A stretch of 62,228 nt of DNA from positions 1 through 62,228 of the forward strand of contig CAXMND010000131.1 of NCBI GenBank assembly GCA_964194675.1. The letters are read 5' to 3'. The translations under genes and the position numbers were made by a program. The notes below the pieces were generated by a model. It searched no databases. It saw only the letters and a program-made list of their open reading frames with translations, and was not told the DNA's origin. Shown here piece by piece: positions 7,060 to 16,663 of the stretch. Every line of letters begins with the position of its first letter. Position 1 is the first letter of the stretch. The DNA is from an uncultured Coxiellaceae bacterium (GTDB lineage: Bacteria; Myxococcota_A; Polyangia; Polyangiales; Houyiibacteriaceae).

Positions 7060-8208
7060 ATGCTCCCACCGCAGTTCGAGATACTCCGCCGCCTGGTTGC
7101 CACACCGTCGGTGAGCTCAACCGACGCTCGCTTCGACCAATCGAACCGTGGTGTCGTCGATCTCGTCGCCGAGTGGGCCGCGGATCTCGGTTTTACGATA
7201 CGGATCGAAGCTGTTCCCGGCGCAGATGGCAAGGTGAATCTGATCGCAACCCTCGGGGAGGGCGTCGACGGGTTCGTGCTGTCCGGGCACACCGACACGG
7301 TGCCGTACAACGCCGAGCGGTGGACCGACGACCCGTTCGAGCTGACGGAGCGGGATGGTAGGCTCTACGGTTTGGGCACCGCCGACATGAAGGGATTTTT
7401 TGCCGCGGCGCTTCATGCAGTCGCACGTTTCGAGCCCGGCCAGCTTCGTCGCCCGATCACGTTGCTAGGCACGGCAGATGAGGAGAGCACCATGGCCGGC
7501 GCCCGTGCACTCGCAGAAAAGGGCGAGAGCCTCGGTCGCTACGCCATCATCGGGGAACCCACGAGCCTGGCCCCGGTCCGAAAGCACAAGGGGGTGTTCT
7601 ACGTCCGCGTCACAGTGGGTGGGAAGGCAGGCCATGCCAGCAACCCAGCGCTCGGCGTCAACGCCATTGAGGGGCTTCAACGGGTGCTGGTGGCGTTACA
7701 AGCCTGGCGCGACGGGCTCGAGGGTCGGCACCGTGACGACGACTTCGAAGTCGCGGCACCCACGCTCAATTTCGGTCGCGTTGCGGGAGGCGATAGTCCG
7801 AATCGAATTTGCGATGAGTGCACGCTCGACATCGACATACGCCTCTTGCCCGGCATGCTGGCGAACGAAGTCGTCATGGAGCTACGCGACCAAGTCGCGG
7901 ATGCGCTCGATGGCGGTCCGTGGTCGTTCGACGTTCGACCTACTGGCGACTACCCCGCGTTTTCAGGCCCGGCCGATGCCGACTTCCGCAGCACCGTCGA
8001 GACCTTGTGCGGATGTTCAGCCAAGACCGCGCTTTTCGGTACCGAGGCGCCATACCTCGCCCAATTGGGCCTCGAGACACTCGTGCTTGGGGCGGGGGAC
8101 ATCGGCGTCGCGCATCAACCGGACGAATATGTCACCATTGCGGAAATCGAACGCGCGACGGATCTCTACGCAGGCCTGATCCGCCGCTACTGCACCGAGA
8201 CCGCATGA
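7060..8208 (+). CDS. argE: acetylornithine deacetylase ArgE (M20 peptidase family)
   Basis: MLPPQFEILRRLVATPSVSS..., GFVLSGHTDTVPYNAERWTDDPFELTERDGRLYGLGTADMKGFF and LGTADEESTMAGAR are collinear with E. coli ArgE. I chose the internal ATG at 7060; the track ORF starts at 6934, overlapping clpP. Confidence 0.85.
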   Translation: MLPPQFEILRRLVATPSVSSTDARFDQSNRGVVDLVAEWAADLGFTIRIEAVPGADGKVNLIATLGEGVDGFVLSGHTDTVPYNAERWTDDPFELTERDGRLYGLGTADMKGFFAAALHAVARFEPGQLRRPITLLGTADEESTMAGARALAEKGESLGRYAIIGEPTSLAPVRKHKGVFYVRVTVGGKAGHASNPALGVNAIEGLQRVLVALQAWRDGLEGRHRDDDFEVAAPTLNFGRVAGGDSPNRICDECTLDIDIRLLPGMLANEVVMELRDQVADALDGGPWSFDVRPTGDYPAFSGPADADFRSTVETLCGCSAKTALFGTEAPYLAQLGLETLVLGAGDIGVAHQPDEYVTIAEIERATDLYAGLIRRYCTETA

Positions 8209-9524
8209 GCCCCAAGATCGACCCATTCGTCCAACACTTTCGAGCGAGCGCGCCCTACATCCACACGCATCGCGGGCGCACGTTCGTGATCATGTTCGGC
8301 GGCGAAGCGCTCGCTTCGAAAGATCTGCGTACGCTGCTGTATGACGTCGCGTTGTTGCACTCGCTCGGGGTTCGTATCGTGCTGGTGGCCGGCGCGCGAC
8401 CACAAATCGACGCCTCGCTTCATCGCCGCGGGCGTTCGCCAAAATACTCTCACGGCTTGCGCATCACCGACGACGTAGCGCTCGAGTGCGTGAAAGAGGC
8501 GGTTGGCGCGACGCGCGTCGAACTCGAGGCACTCCTCTCGATGAGCCTACCGAACTCTCCGATGGCTGGCGCCCGGCTCCGCGTGGCCACGGGCAACTTC
8601 GTGATGGCGCAGCCGATCGGCGTTCTCGATGGGGTCGACTACCAGCACACCGGCAAGCCGAGGCGAGTCGACGCCGAAGCTATTCGCCAGCGACTCGACG
8701 ATGGCGCGATCGTCGTGTTGACGCCCATCGGATATTCCTCGACCGGCGAAGCGTTCAATATCAGCGGGCACGACGTTGCGGCGGCTACCGCGACAGCACT
8801 CGGCGCGGACAAGCTGATCGGTCTCTTGGAAGGAGATGGGATCCCCGACGAGAAAGGCCATCCTCACTCGCTGTTGACTCCCCAGGAAGCCGAGGAGATC
8901 CTTGGGTCGGGACGAGTGCTCGGTCACGATGTCGAGCGGCATTTGGCGGCGGCCATCACGGCTTGCCGGGGTGGGGTGCCGCGTGCCCACTTGGTTGCGC
9001 GCACGAACGATGGGGCCCTTCTGCGCGAGCTTTTCACGCGTGATGGCGTCGGCACGATGGTGACGTCCGAGGCGTTCGAAGGCGTCCGTCCTGCCGCGCG
9101 CAGCGATGTCGGCGGCATCCTTGCGTTGATCGAGCCCCTCGAGGAGCAGGGATTTCTGGTTCGGAGGTCTCGGGAGATGCTCGAGAACGACATCGAGCGG
9201 TTTACGGTGATCGAGCGTGACGGGATGGTGGTCGCCTGCAGTGCCCTCTACACTTACCCCGACGAGGCGATCGCCGAGCTTGCCTGCCTGGTCGTGCATC
9301 CGGACTACCGCACCACCGGTCGCGGTGACCAGCTTCTCCACTACATCGAGCGCCAGTGCGAGGCCCAGGAGCTCCGGAAGATCTTCGTGCTCACCACCCA
9401 GACTTCGCACTGGTTTCGCGAGCGCGGCTTCGAAAGCGGCAGCGTCGACGATGTCCCCGACGCTCGACGGTCGGCATACGATCTCGGACGGCGTTCCAAG
9501 ATCATGCTCAAGACGCTCGACTGA
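8205..9524 (+). CDS. argA: amino-acid N-acetyltransferase (N-acetylglutamate synthase) ArgA
   Basis: MSPKIDPFVQHFRASAPYIHTHRGRTFVIMFGGEAL matches the ArgA N-terminus, followed by a C-terminal GNAT domain. ATGA overlap with the argE stop. The track ORF 7818..9524 is an upstream over-extension. Confidence 0.9.
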   Translation: MSPKIDPFVQHFRASAPYIHTHRGRTFVIMFGGEALASKDLRTLLYDVALLHSLGVRIVLVAGARPQIDASLHRRGRSPKYSHGLRITDDVALECVKEAVGATRVELEALLSMSLPNSPMAGARLRVATGNFVMAQPIGVLDGVDYQHTGKPRRVDAEAIRQRLDDGAIVVLTPIGYSSTGEAFNISGHDVAAATATALGADKLIGLLEGDGIPDEKGHPHSLLTPQEAEEILGSGRVLGHDVERHLAAAITACRGGVPRAHLVARTNDGALLRELFTRDGVGTMVTSEAFEGVRPAARSDVGGILALIEPLEEQGFLVRRSREMLENDIERFTVIERDGMVVACSALYTYPDEAIAELACLVVHPDYRTTGRGDQLLHYIERQCEAQELRKIFVLTTQTSHWFRERGFESGSVDDVPDARRSAYDLGRRSKIMLKTLD

Positions 9525-9639
9525 CGCATCTGCCCTAAACGACACGACTTTCGGATGAGGCTTGGATGCCCGTTCGAATCGTGCTACTCGTCCCCGAATT
9601 GGCCAATTTGGACGCTGCTGCGTTCTTGATACACCGGAA

Positions 9640-12042
9640 ATGAAGCAGGTCGAGCTCAATCGGCGCCTTGAAGCGGAAGCGCCGCCCACGGATGCGGAGA
9701 TGGACGAAATTGTGGCTCAGGAGGAGAAAGTCCTGGCCCGCGTCCACCGAACCGTCCAGACACGTCGCCCGTCGAACCGCGGGCGGCTCATTGACTACGA
9801 CACCGAACTGATCGCCCTGCGAGACCAGATCCGAGAGGCGCGGCTCGAAGACATCCCGCCGCTGGTCGAAGAAATGGAGCGCCTCCAACAGGTCGCGCAC
9901 CGTAGGGCTAAGGTCGTCGAGGGATCGGTCGACCGACAGTCTCCGTACTTTGGCCGGATGGTGCTCGAGGAAGAGGACCGCAAGCGCGAAATCCTGATCG
10001 GCCGAAGCACCTTCTTGGACGCCAAGACCGGCGTTCGCATCGTCGATTGGCGCGACGCACCTGTGAGTCGCGTCTACTACCGGTACGAAGAGGGCGACGA
10101 CTACGACGAGATCTTCGGGGATCGCGAAGTCGAGGGGGACGTGATCTTGCGCCGAAACCTCTCGATCACCTCGGGCAAGCTTCGCCGCATCGGTTCGCCA
10201 CAAGGGACGTTTCGGTGTTCGCGCGAGGGCATGTGGCACCGCGTGGCGGATCAGGCGACACGTCTATCGGGAGGGCAGGGCGCTGCGATGCGTCCCGAGT
10301 CGTATCACCGTCCAGCGCATCGACCTGGGGAGCTTGGCATCGGTGACGATGACCTTCGTGAAGACAAGCATCTTTCCGAGATCACCGCGCTGATCGACCC
10401 GAGGCAGTTCGATCTGATCAGTCAGCCTACTTCCGGGTTGGTGGTCATCCAGGGAGGTGCAGGCAGCGGCAAGACCACCATCGGTTTGCACCGGCTGGCG
10501 TATCTCGCCTTCCAGGACGCCACTCGTTTTCGATCCGATCAGATGCTCGTCATTGTCTTCAACGACGCGCTCGTTCGGTACATCTCGAGGGTGTTGCCGG
10601 CGCTCGGAGTCGAAGACGTGCCCGTCGAGACCTTCGCGCGATGGGCCGAGCAGCAACGTCGTCGTCATTTTCCGAAGCTGACCACTCGGTATGTCGAAGA
10701 CACCCCAACCCATGTCATGCGGCTCAAGAAGCATCCTGCGATGCTGCGCGCGATCGACCAGTATGTCGCCGAACTCACCGCCCGCGTCGAAACCGAGATC
10801 CTCGACGAGGCCAAGCAGGATGGGGGCGGTGCGCGTGTGGCACGGGTGTGGCGCGGGACGGCACAGGAGCCACTAGGTGTGCGCCTCGACCTTCTGACGC
10901 GGTGGCTTCAAAGCCACCAGGAGGGCTCGGATGAGGTTCCGCTCGGCATGCGGCACGCGATCGGACGTATCTGCCAACGCTGGTCCTCGCGCACTCGGGA
11001 CGTCGTGACGGCGTGGGCGGACCTCCTAACCGATCGCCAGCGGCTCGTGGACACCTTCTCGAAGTGGGCCCCGGATGCGCTGACCGATCGCGAGATCGAG
11101 TGGGTGCATTCTTGGTGCAGCCGCAACTCCACGCGCGCACTGTTAGCGTACGAAGAAGCGCTCGAGGCAGACGACGACGACCGCGTCGAACGTAGCGTCG
11201 GTGTCGACGGTGAGCAAGAAGACGAGCCACCTGCCCTCGATCGCGAAGACGACGCGCTTCTTCTTCGCCTCTACCAGACCTTGCGAGGGCCTCTCTTTGG
11301 TCGGCGTGCACCGCTGACCTACGAGCACATCTTCATCGATGAGGCCCAGGACATGAGCCCCGTGGAGCTCGCGGTCGTGCTCGACACCTCGACCGAGCAG
11401 CAAAGCATCACGCTCGCTGGCGACATCGCGCAGAAGCTCCACCTCGACAACGGGTTTTCCGATTGGCGTCACGTTCTCGAGCAGCTCAAGCTCGACCACA
11501 TCGAGATCGAGCCCCTCAAGCTGAGCTATCGTTCCACGTACGAGATTCTAGAGTTCGCCACCGACGTGCTCGGCCCGCTCCGAAACGAGGTATCGGGCGA
11601 AGCGACGAGATATGGGGCGCCAGTCGAGCTCTTTCTCCTCGGGGGGAGCGGCGAGGCGGTGGGTTTCTTGTCCGAGGCGCTTCGGAACCTCGTGAGCTCG
11701 GAGCCGCTGTCGTCCGTAGCAGTCATTGCCCGATACCCGGAGCAGGCTGACCTCTATTACAAGGGCCTGCGCCATGGGGAGGTCCCGAACCTCCGCAGGG
11801 TCGCCGAGCAGGATTTCCCGTTCCGCCCTGGCGTCGACGTGACGGATGTCCGTCAGGTCAAAGGCTTGGAGTTTGACTACGTGGTCATCGCCGAGTGCAA
11901 CCGCTCGACTTTCCCCGTCGACAACGAAAGCCGGCATTTGCTGCACATCGCGGCAACTCGTGCAGCCCATCAGCTCTGGGTGTTCTCGACCCAGGCTCCC
12001 TCCCTGTTGCTTCCAGAATCCCTCATAAAGGCTTCGGCCTAG
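9640..12042 (+). CDS. helD: HelD-like (helicase IV / UvrD-family) ATPase
   Basis: Shows the HelD signature DWRDAPVSRVYYRY, Walker A GGAGSGKTT, FIDEAQDMSP and a C-terminal VKGLEFDYVVI. Start taken at ATG 9640 (MKQVELN). Confidence 0.75.
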   Translation: MKQVELNRRLEAEAPPTDAEMDEIVAQEEKVLARVHRTVQTRRPSNRGRLIDYDTELIALRDQIREARLEDIPPLVEEMERLQQVAHRRAKVVEGSVDRQSPYFGRMVLEEEDRKREILIGRSTFLDAKTGVRIVDWRDAPVSRVYYRYEEGDDYDEIFGDREVEGDVILRRNLSITSGKLRRIGSPQGTFRCSREGMWHRVADQATRLSGGQGAAMRPESYHRPAHRPGELGIGDDDLREDKHLSEITALIDPRQFDLISQPTSGLVVIQGGAGSGKTTIGLHRLAYLAFQDATRFRSDQMLVIVFNDALVRYISRVLPALGVEDVPVETFARWAEQQRRRHFPKLTTRYVEDTPTHVMRLKKHPAMLRAIDQYVAELTARVETEILDEAKQDGGGARVARVWRGTAQEPLGVRLDLLTRWLQSHQEGSDEVPLGMRHAIGRICQRWSSRTRDVVTAWADLLTDRQRLVDTFSKWAPDALTDREIEWVHSWCSRNSTRALLAYEEALEADDDDRVERSVGVDGEQEDEPPALDREDDALLLRLYQTLRGPLFGRRAPLTYEHIFIDEAQDMSPVELAVVLDTSTEQQSITLAGDIAQKLHLDNGFSDWRHVLEQLKLDHIEIEPLKLSYRSTYEILEFATDVLGPLRNEVSGEATRYGAPVELFLLGGSGEAVGFLSEALRNLVSSEPLSSVAVIARYPEQADLYYKGLRHGEVPNLRRVAEQDFPFRPGVDVTDVRQVKGLEFDYVVIAECNRSTFPVDNESRHLLHIAATRAAHQLWVFSTQAPSLLLPESLIKASA

Positions 12043-12252
12043 GGTCCCTATTTTCGACCCTTATCTGGAGAGTTGCAGTCTCGGGCGGGGTGTGTAAGAT
12101 CTATAACGTAGCGGCGGTTGCGGCCTACACCCGGGGTTCCACGGTGGAATGAGCAACGGCGCCGCTGACGGCGAAAGACTCGACGCGCGAGTCCCGTATA
12201 GGCCCCACGAACCGCCACCCACCACCATTTCAGGTCAACCAAAGCCTCATCG

Positions 12253-15200
12253 ATGGCCGAATCTGCACTCCAAGAACAGGGAGCTGAAGTCCCGAAACCC
12301 GAACCGGCGGAGGAACAAGCGCCCACGTGGCGCGAGCCGACGACTGTCGTTGCCAAGAAGCTCGCATCGATGAGTGATCGGGCGATCCAACGTGTCACCG
12401 GGGGCAACGCGTTTCTGCGTGGACGGCTCTACGCGCGACGCAAGGCAGTCGACAATCTCGCTGAAGAAGAGACCTCGGCGAGTGGAGAGATTTCGGTTCG
12501 TACGGCTGATGAGCCTTACCACACCACGGTGGCCTACGACGAAGAAGGCGATACGTGGCGGTCGAGCTGCACCTGTCCCGGTTGGCGCGGCCCGACCGGT
12601 CACTGCAAGCACGTTGCTGCGGTAATGGTTGCTTTGCGTGACGAGGTCCGGCCACCGCGTGCGAAGCAGCCGCAGCCGCAACCCAAGAAGAAAAAGAAAA
12701 AGAGCGAACCGATCCATATTCCCGGCACGGTCTCGGCGGGCGGCAAACGTCGTCGCTCGCGTCGTCGACGGCGTCCAAGCGGGGGCGACTCCGGCGGGCT
12801 CGAAGTGCTGTCGCCTCGCGAGCTTCAGGCCGGACGAGGTGAGTCGCGCGGACCCATGGATGCGTGGCTTCCGCCCGACGCCATGGCGCGGCCGTTCGAC
12901 TTCGAATACCGAATGACAGTCCGGCCTGCTTCGATCACGGTGACTCCGGTGTTGTCCGGCTCGCGAAGCGCCGTGCCGATCGGCGAGGCGCTCAGTGCTT
13001 TCAATATGGTGTCGATCGACGAGCGACCGCTGTTTCGAGCGTTGGCGCGCAATGCCAATCGGGGCCAAACCACCACAGCCGAGCTTCGCGGCGAGGACGC
13101 AGCCGAGGTGTTGGAGATGCTCAGCGATCGTCGCGTGCTGCTCGAGCCCGCGTCGATGGAGCTCCGATTCGCGAACGAGGCGTTGAAGCCTAAGATCGAG
13201 CTCGACCCCGCCAACGGCAACAGCGTTCGGGTGCGGGTGGTGTTCGGGCTCGAGAGCAATGGGCGCCGTTTCGTGCTGTCGAGCGGGGCCTGGTTCGAAG
13301 GGACACCAGGCTGGCAGATCGACACGACCGAAGGAGTTGCGCGCCCGGTGAGCGAGCTCGTCACCCCGGCATGGCTTCAGCGACTCTACAGATCGCCCGC
13401 CATGGTCGAGTCCCTCGAACAGCTACCGGTGCTCTTGAGCGAGTACATTCCCCGAATCGCTGCGTCTCTGGGTGCCGAGCTGCCGGATCTCAGCTCCGTC
13501 GCGGACCTGGTGGATGCCAAGCCGCACTTCGAGCTGAAGGCCAACGGCGACATCATCGATGCACAGGTCCGGCTCTTGGTTCGCTACGAAGACCAAGAGT
13601 TCGAAGTGCCGCCAGACGATTTTCCGTCCCCGCTGGCTTTCCTGCCATCAAAGAGCGACGACGCGCGGCCGCGTGTGGTCCGACGTGATGTGGGCGCCGA
13701 GATGGCTGGCGTTCAAGCGTTGATGAGCCTGGGCTTCGAGGTTTCCGAGTCCGGTGATGAACTGGTGGCCTACGGTGACGCCGCGATTAACTTCTGGACG
13801 GTCGGGATCGGTGAGCTTCCCGAGGAGTGGGATCGTTTCATCCCAGACGATTTGGTCGACGTGACTATTCGCGACAAATCGGTGACCCCGCAAGTGAGAG
13901 TATCGAGCGGCGTCGATTGGCTGAACCTCGACACAACCTTCGAATCGGGCGGGGCTGTCGTGCGGGAAGAAGAGCTTCGTGCGTGCCTCGAGCATGGCCG
14001 TCGGTTGGTGCGTCTCGAAGATGGAACGTTTGCCCCCGTCGATCCCAACGAGGTGGGGGATGTGCTCACGCGGATGGCGGAGATCTACGCGACGGCCGGT
14101 GGTCGCGGCAAGCTCCCGCTATCTCAGGCGGGGCGCGTTCAAGACCTGCTCAAGCTGGTCAGCAACGCCAAGGTGTCGTCTTCCGCGAAGACCCTGTTTT
14201 CGAAGATCGGAAACATCGACGAGATTCCGAACGTCCCAAAGCCGCGAAGCCTCAGGGCAACCCTTCGCCCCTACCAGAAAGAGGGGTTCAACTGGCTCGT
14301 CTTCCTGCACGAGATCAACAGCGGCGGGATCCTCGCCGATGACATGGGTCTCGGTAAGACAGTTCAGGCGATCGCGCTGCTGGCCTGGGCAAAGGGCAAA
14401 TACAAGCGCAAGCTCAACTTGGTGGTGGCGCCGACCTCGGTCGTTCCGAATTGGGAGCGGGAGATCAACAAGTTTGCACCGGGTCTGGCGACCGTGGTGT
14501 GGCAGGGGCCAAACCGCCAGCAGCGAAGGGCCGATCTCGAAAAGGCCGATGTGATGATCACGAGCTACGCGCTTCTTCGGCGCGATGAAGAGCTGCTTCA
14601 TGAGCTCGACCTTCGCTATGTGATCCTGGACGAGGCACAGCACATCAAGAACCCAATGAGCCACACGGCGCGGGCCGCGAAGAAGCTCAGGAGCGAACGG
14701 CGATTGGCGCTGACCGGTACACCGATCGAAAACCGGTTGAGTGAGCTTTGGAGCATCTTCGACTTCGTGTCCCCTGGGCTTCTCGGCCAGCTAAGGACCT
14801 TCGAGGATAGGATCGCGCGACCGATCGATCGGGGAGACATGGACACCGCCCAGCGGCTCCGCGCTACGATCAAGCCGTTCGTGATGCGTCGCGTGAAGCG
14901 AGACGTTGCCCAGGATCTTCCCGAGAAGATCGAGCAGGAGATGATCGTGCCGCTCGCCGAGGAGCAAGCGAAGCTCTACAAGCAGGTCCTTCGTCAGATT
15001 CGCAAGAGCGTCCTGAGCGAGGTCGAGAAGCAGGGCGTTAGCCGGGCACAGATTCAGATTCTTGTGGCGCTGACCAGGCTTCGTCAGATCGCGTGCGATC
15101 CGCGGCTGATGAAGCTTCCGGACACCGACTTCACCGCTGCCGAGAGCGGCAAGCTCGGTGCGCTTCGAGAGATCATCAGTGAGGCGGTCGACGGCGGGCA

Positions 15201-15654
15201 CCGCGTGTTGGTCTTTAGCCAGTTCGTCGAGATGCTCAATCACATCCGAGCGGCCCTCGACGAAGACGACGTCGAATACGAGTATCTAGATGGCTCGACG
15301 AAGAACCGCATCGAGCGCGTTGACCGGTTCAACCAGGACGAAACCGTTCCGGTATTCCTGATTTCGCTCAAGGCGGGCGGTACAGGCCTGAACCTCACCG
15401 GTGCGGATACCGTGGTGCACTTCGACCCTTGGTGGAATCCAGCGGTCGAAGACCAGGCCACCGACCGCGCCCACCGCATCGGGCAGACCAAGAACGTCAA
15501 CGTTTACAAGCTGATCGCGGAGGGCACGGTCGAGGAGAAGATCCTCCAGCTGTCCGCCAAGAAGCGAGAGCTAGTCTCGAACGTCCTATCAACCGAAGGA
15601 AGCCCATTGAAGGGGCTCACCAAGGCTGACGTCGAGAATCTGTTCAGCGAATAG
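12253..15654 (+). CDS. SWIM zinc-finger SNF2-family helicase/ATPase
   Basis: SWIM motif CTCPGWRGPTGHCKHVAAV. SNF2 motifs DDMGLGKT, DEAQHIKN, LTGTPIENRL and SLKAGGTGLNLTGADTVVHFDPWWNPAVEDQATDRAHRIGQ. A K6 and R-rich linker follows the SWIM domain. Confidence 0.9.
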   Translation: MAESALQEQGAEVPKPEPAEEQAPTWREPTTVVAKKLASMSDRAIQRVTGGNAFLRGRLYARRKAVDNLAEEETSASGEISVRTADEPYHTTVAYDEEGDTWRSSCTCPGWRGPTGHCKHVAAVMVALRDEVRPPRAKQPQPQPKKKKKKSEPIHIPGTVSAGGKRRRSRRRRRPSGGDSGGLEVLSPRELQAGRGESRGPMDAWLPPDAMARPFDFEYRMTVRPASITVTPVLSGSRSAVPIGEALSAFNMVSIDERPLFRALARNANRGQTTTAELRGEDAAEVLEMLSDRRVLLEPASMELRFANEALKPKIELDPANGNSVRVRVVFGLESNGRRFVLSSGAWFEGTPGWQIDTTEGVARPVSELVTPAWLQRLYRSPAMVESLEQLPVLLSEYIPRIAASLGAELPDLSSVADLVDAKPHFELKANGDIIDAQVRLLVRYEDQEFEVPPDDFPSPLAFLPSKSDDARPRVVRRDVGAEMAGVQALMSLGFEVSESGDELVAYGDAAINFWTVGIGELPEEWDRFIPDDLVDVTIRDKSVTPQVRVSSGVDWLNLDTTFESGGAVVREEELRACLEHGRRLVRLEDGTFAPVDPNEVGDVLTRMAEIYATAGGRGKLPLSQAGRVQDLLKLVSNAKVSSSAKTLFSKIGNIDEIPNVPKPRSLRATLRPYQKEGFNWLVFLHEINSGGILADDMGLGKTVQAIALLAWAKGKYKRKLNLVVAPTSVVPNWEREINKFAPGLATVVWQGPNRQQRRADLEKADVMITSYALLRRDEELLHELDLRYVILDEAQHIKNPMSHTARAAKKLRSERRLALTGTPIENRLSELWSIFDFVSPGLLGQLRTFEDRIARPIDRGDMDTAQRLRATIKPFVMRRVKRDVAQDLPEKIEQEMIVPLAEEQAKLYKQVLRQIRKSVLSEVEKQGVSRAQIQILVALTRLRQIACDPRLMKLPDTDFTAAESGKLGALREIISEAVDGGHRVLVFSQFVEMLNHIRAALDEDDVEYEYLDGSTKNRIERVDRFNQDETVPVFLISLKAGGTGLNLTGADTVVHFDPWWNPAVEDQATDRAHRIGQTKNVNVYKLIAEGTVEEKILQLSAKKRELVSNVLSTEGSPLKGLTKADVENLFSE

Positions 15655-15718
15655 GGGACACGCTGCACCCTCATAACCGCCCTAATTTCAGGTGGTTGTG
15701 ACCCACACCGCGCAAACC
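15654..15718 (-). repeat. 65-bp interspersed repeat, copy A (inverted relative to copy B)
   Basis: The reverse complement reads GGTTTGCGCGGTGTGGGTCACAACCACCTGAAATTAGGGCGGTTATGAGGGTGCAGCGTGTCCCC. It is 54/65 identical, ungapped, to 22486-22550. It fills the gap between the convergent SNF2 and ykgJ stops. Confidence 0.85.
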
Positions 15719-15725
15719 CCCGGTG

Positions 15726-16055
15726 CTACGTTTTCGCCGAGGCACAGAATCCTGCATCCCTTCGGAACTCGAGGCACTGCGGGCTGCCTTTTTCGAAGTC
15801 TCGGCACATCGTACCTCGAATCTCGTAGATCTTGCACGCGTTAGAGTTCTCGTCGGCGCCGAGATGCACGCATGCTCCGTTCTCGCGCGTGGCGAACGCG
15901 TCCATGCCAAAGTGGCCGGGTTGGACGGCCTCGGCGATGTCGTCCCTGCCCATCTCGCGCCATCGAACCAGGTCTTCGGCCGGGACCAGGATCCTGCCGT
16001 CGGTCCCAGTTCGGCAGCACGCGCCGCACGTCAGGCAATCGAGCTCCTCCGTCAT
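15726..16055 (-). CDS. YkgJ family cysteine-cluster (zinc/iron-chelating) protein
   Basis: LDCLTCGACCRTG followed by ACVHLG...NACKIYEIRGTMCRDF is the typical CxxCGxCC ... C.IY..RP..CR.F pattern. Confidence 0.75.
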   Translation of the reverse strand: MTEELDCLTCGACCRTGTDGRILVPAEDLVRWREMGRDDIAEAVQPGHFGMDAFATRENGACVHLGADENSNACKIYEIRGTMCRDFEKGSPQCLEFRRDAGFCASAKT

Positions 16056-16130
16056 CCAAACGAGTATGGCCCCGGCGAAGCCATGTGCACGCGGTGGACT
16101 TTGCCCTGCAACCGTGATCTAATTTCGTCC

Positions 16131-16622
16131 ATGTGGAGATGTTGGTTCTGTGCAGCGATCCTCATTGCCGGATGCGACGGCCGCAAAGAACAGCGAGTCG
16201 CGCTTCCGGAGGTCGCACCGACCGAGGTGGTGGTTTCCTGGGCGATGATCAGCCGCGAAGCGTCGAGCAGCACCATGTACATGGCGCTCCGTGGCAATCG
16301 TCAACTCGAGATCGTGACCAAACAGCCAAGTGGCACCATGATGCAAGTCCAGCGCGAGCTCGGCAAAGATCAATACGCGGAGCTCATCGACAAACTTCGC
16401 AAGCTCGACTGCTGCTCGCTCGAATCTCGATCGAAAACCGCCCCGACTCCGCTCGAGTCTCAACCCGAGCTCGGGATCAACTTCGGGGACATCGAGTGCC
16501 AGGTTGCGCTCTGGGACAGCGAGTGGCGTGTCGGGCGTGCGCGAGAGTGTGGATTCGCGGTGGCGCAGGTTCACGGTCACGGCTTCGTGCCCGACCCACC
16601 CGCAGTTGACCCTGCGCAGTAG
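16131..16622 (+). CDS. hypothetical lipoprotein
   Basis: Internal ATG of track ORF 15723..16622. MWRCWFCAAILIAGC carries a lipobox. The upstream part of the ORF is antisense to ykgJ. Confidence 0.55.
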   Translation: MWRCWFCAAILIAGCDGRKEQRVALPEVAPTEVVVSWAMISREASSSTMYMALRGNRQLEIVTKQPSGTMMQVQRELGKDQYAELIDKLRKLDCCSLESRSKTAPTPLESQPELGINFGDIECQVALWDSEWRVGRARECGFAVAQVHGHGFVPDPPAVDPAQ

Positions 16623-16663
16623 CCGCCTAGCGCCGATCGCGCATTTGGGTATGCTCGCGCGCC

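Noticed and set aside
8547-9689. 380-aa minus-strand ORF
   Set aside because: It is antisense to argA, whose motifs are unambiguous. Its Arg/Pro/Gly-rich composition is typical of shadow ORFs in high-GC DNA.
12227-12235. Recurrence of TTTCAG / CTGAAA in several non-coding motifs (5251-5455, 12227-12235, both 65-bp repeats, 57692-57705, the ssrA terminator)
   Set aside because: A hexamer is too short to carry significance in 62 kb without statistics I cannot compute. It is noted only as something a genome-wide motif search could revisit.
15723-16130. First 136 codons of track ORF 15723..16622
   Set aside because: This part is antisense to the YkgJ cysteine-cluster gene. The real product is the lipoprotein starting at ATG 16131.
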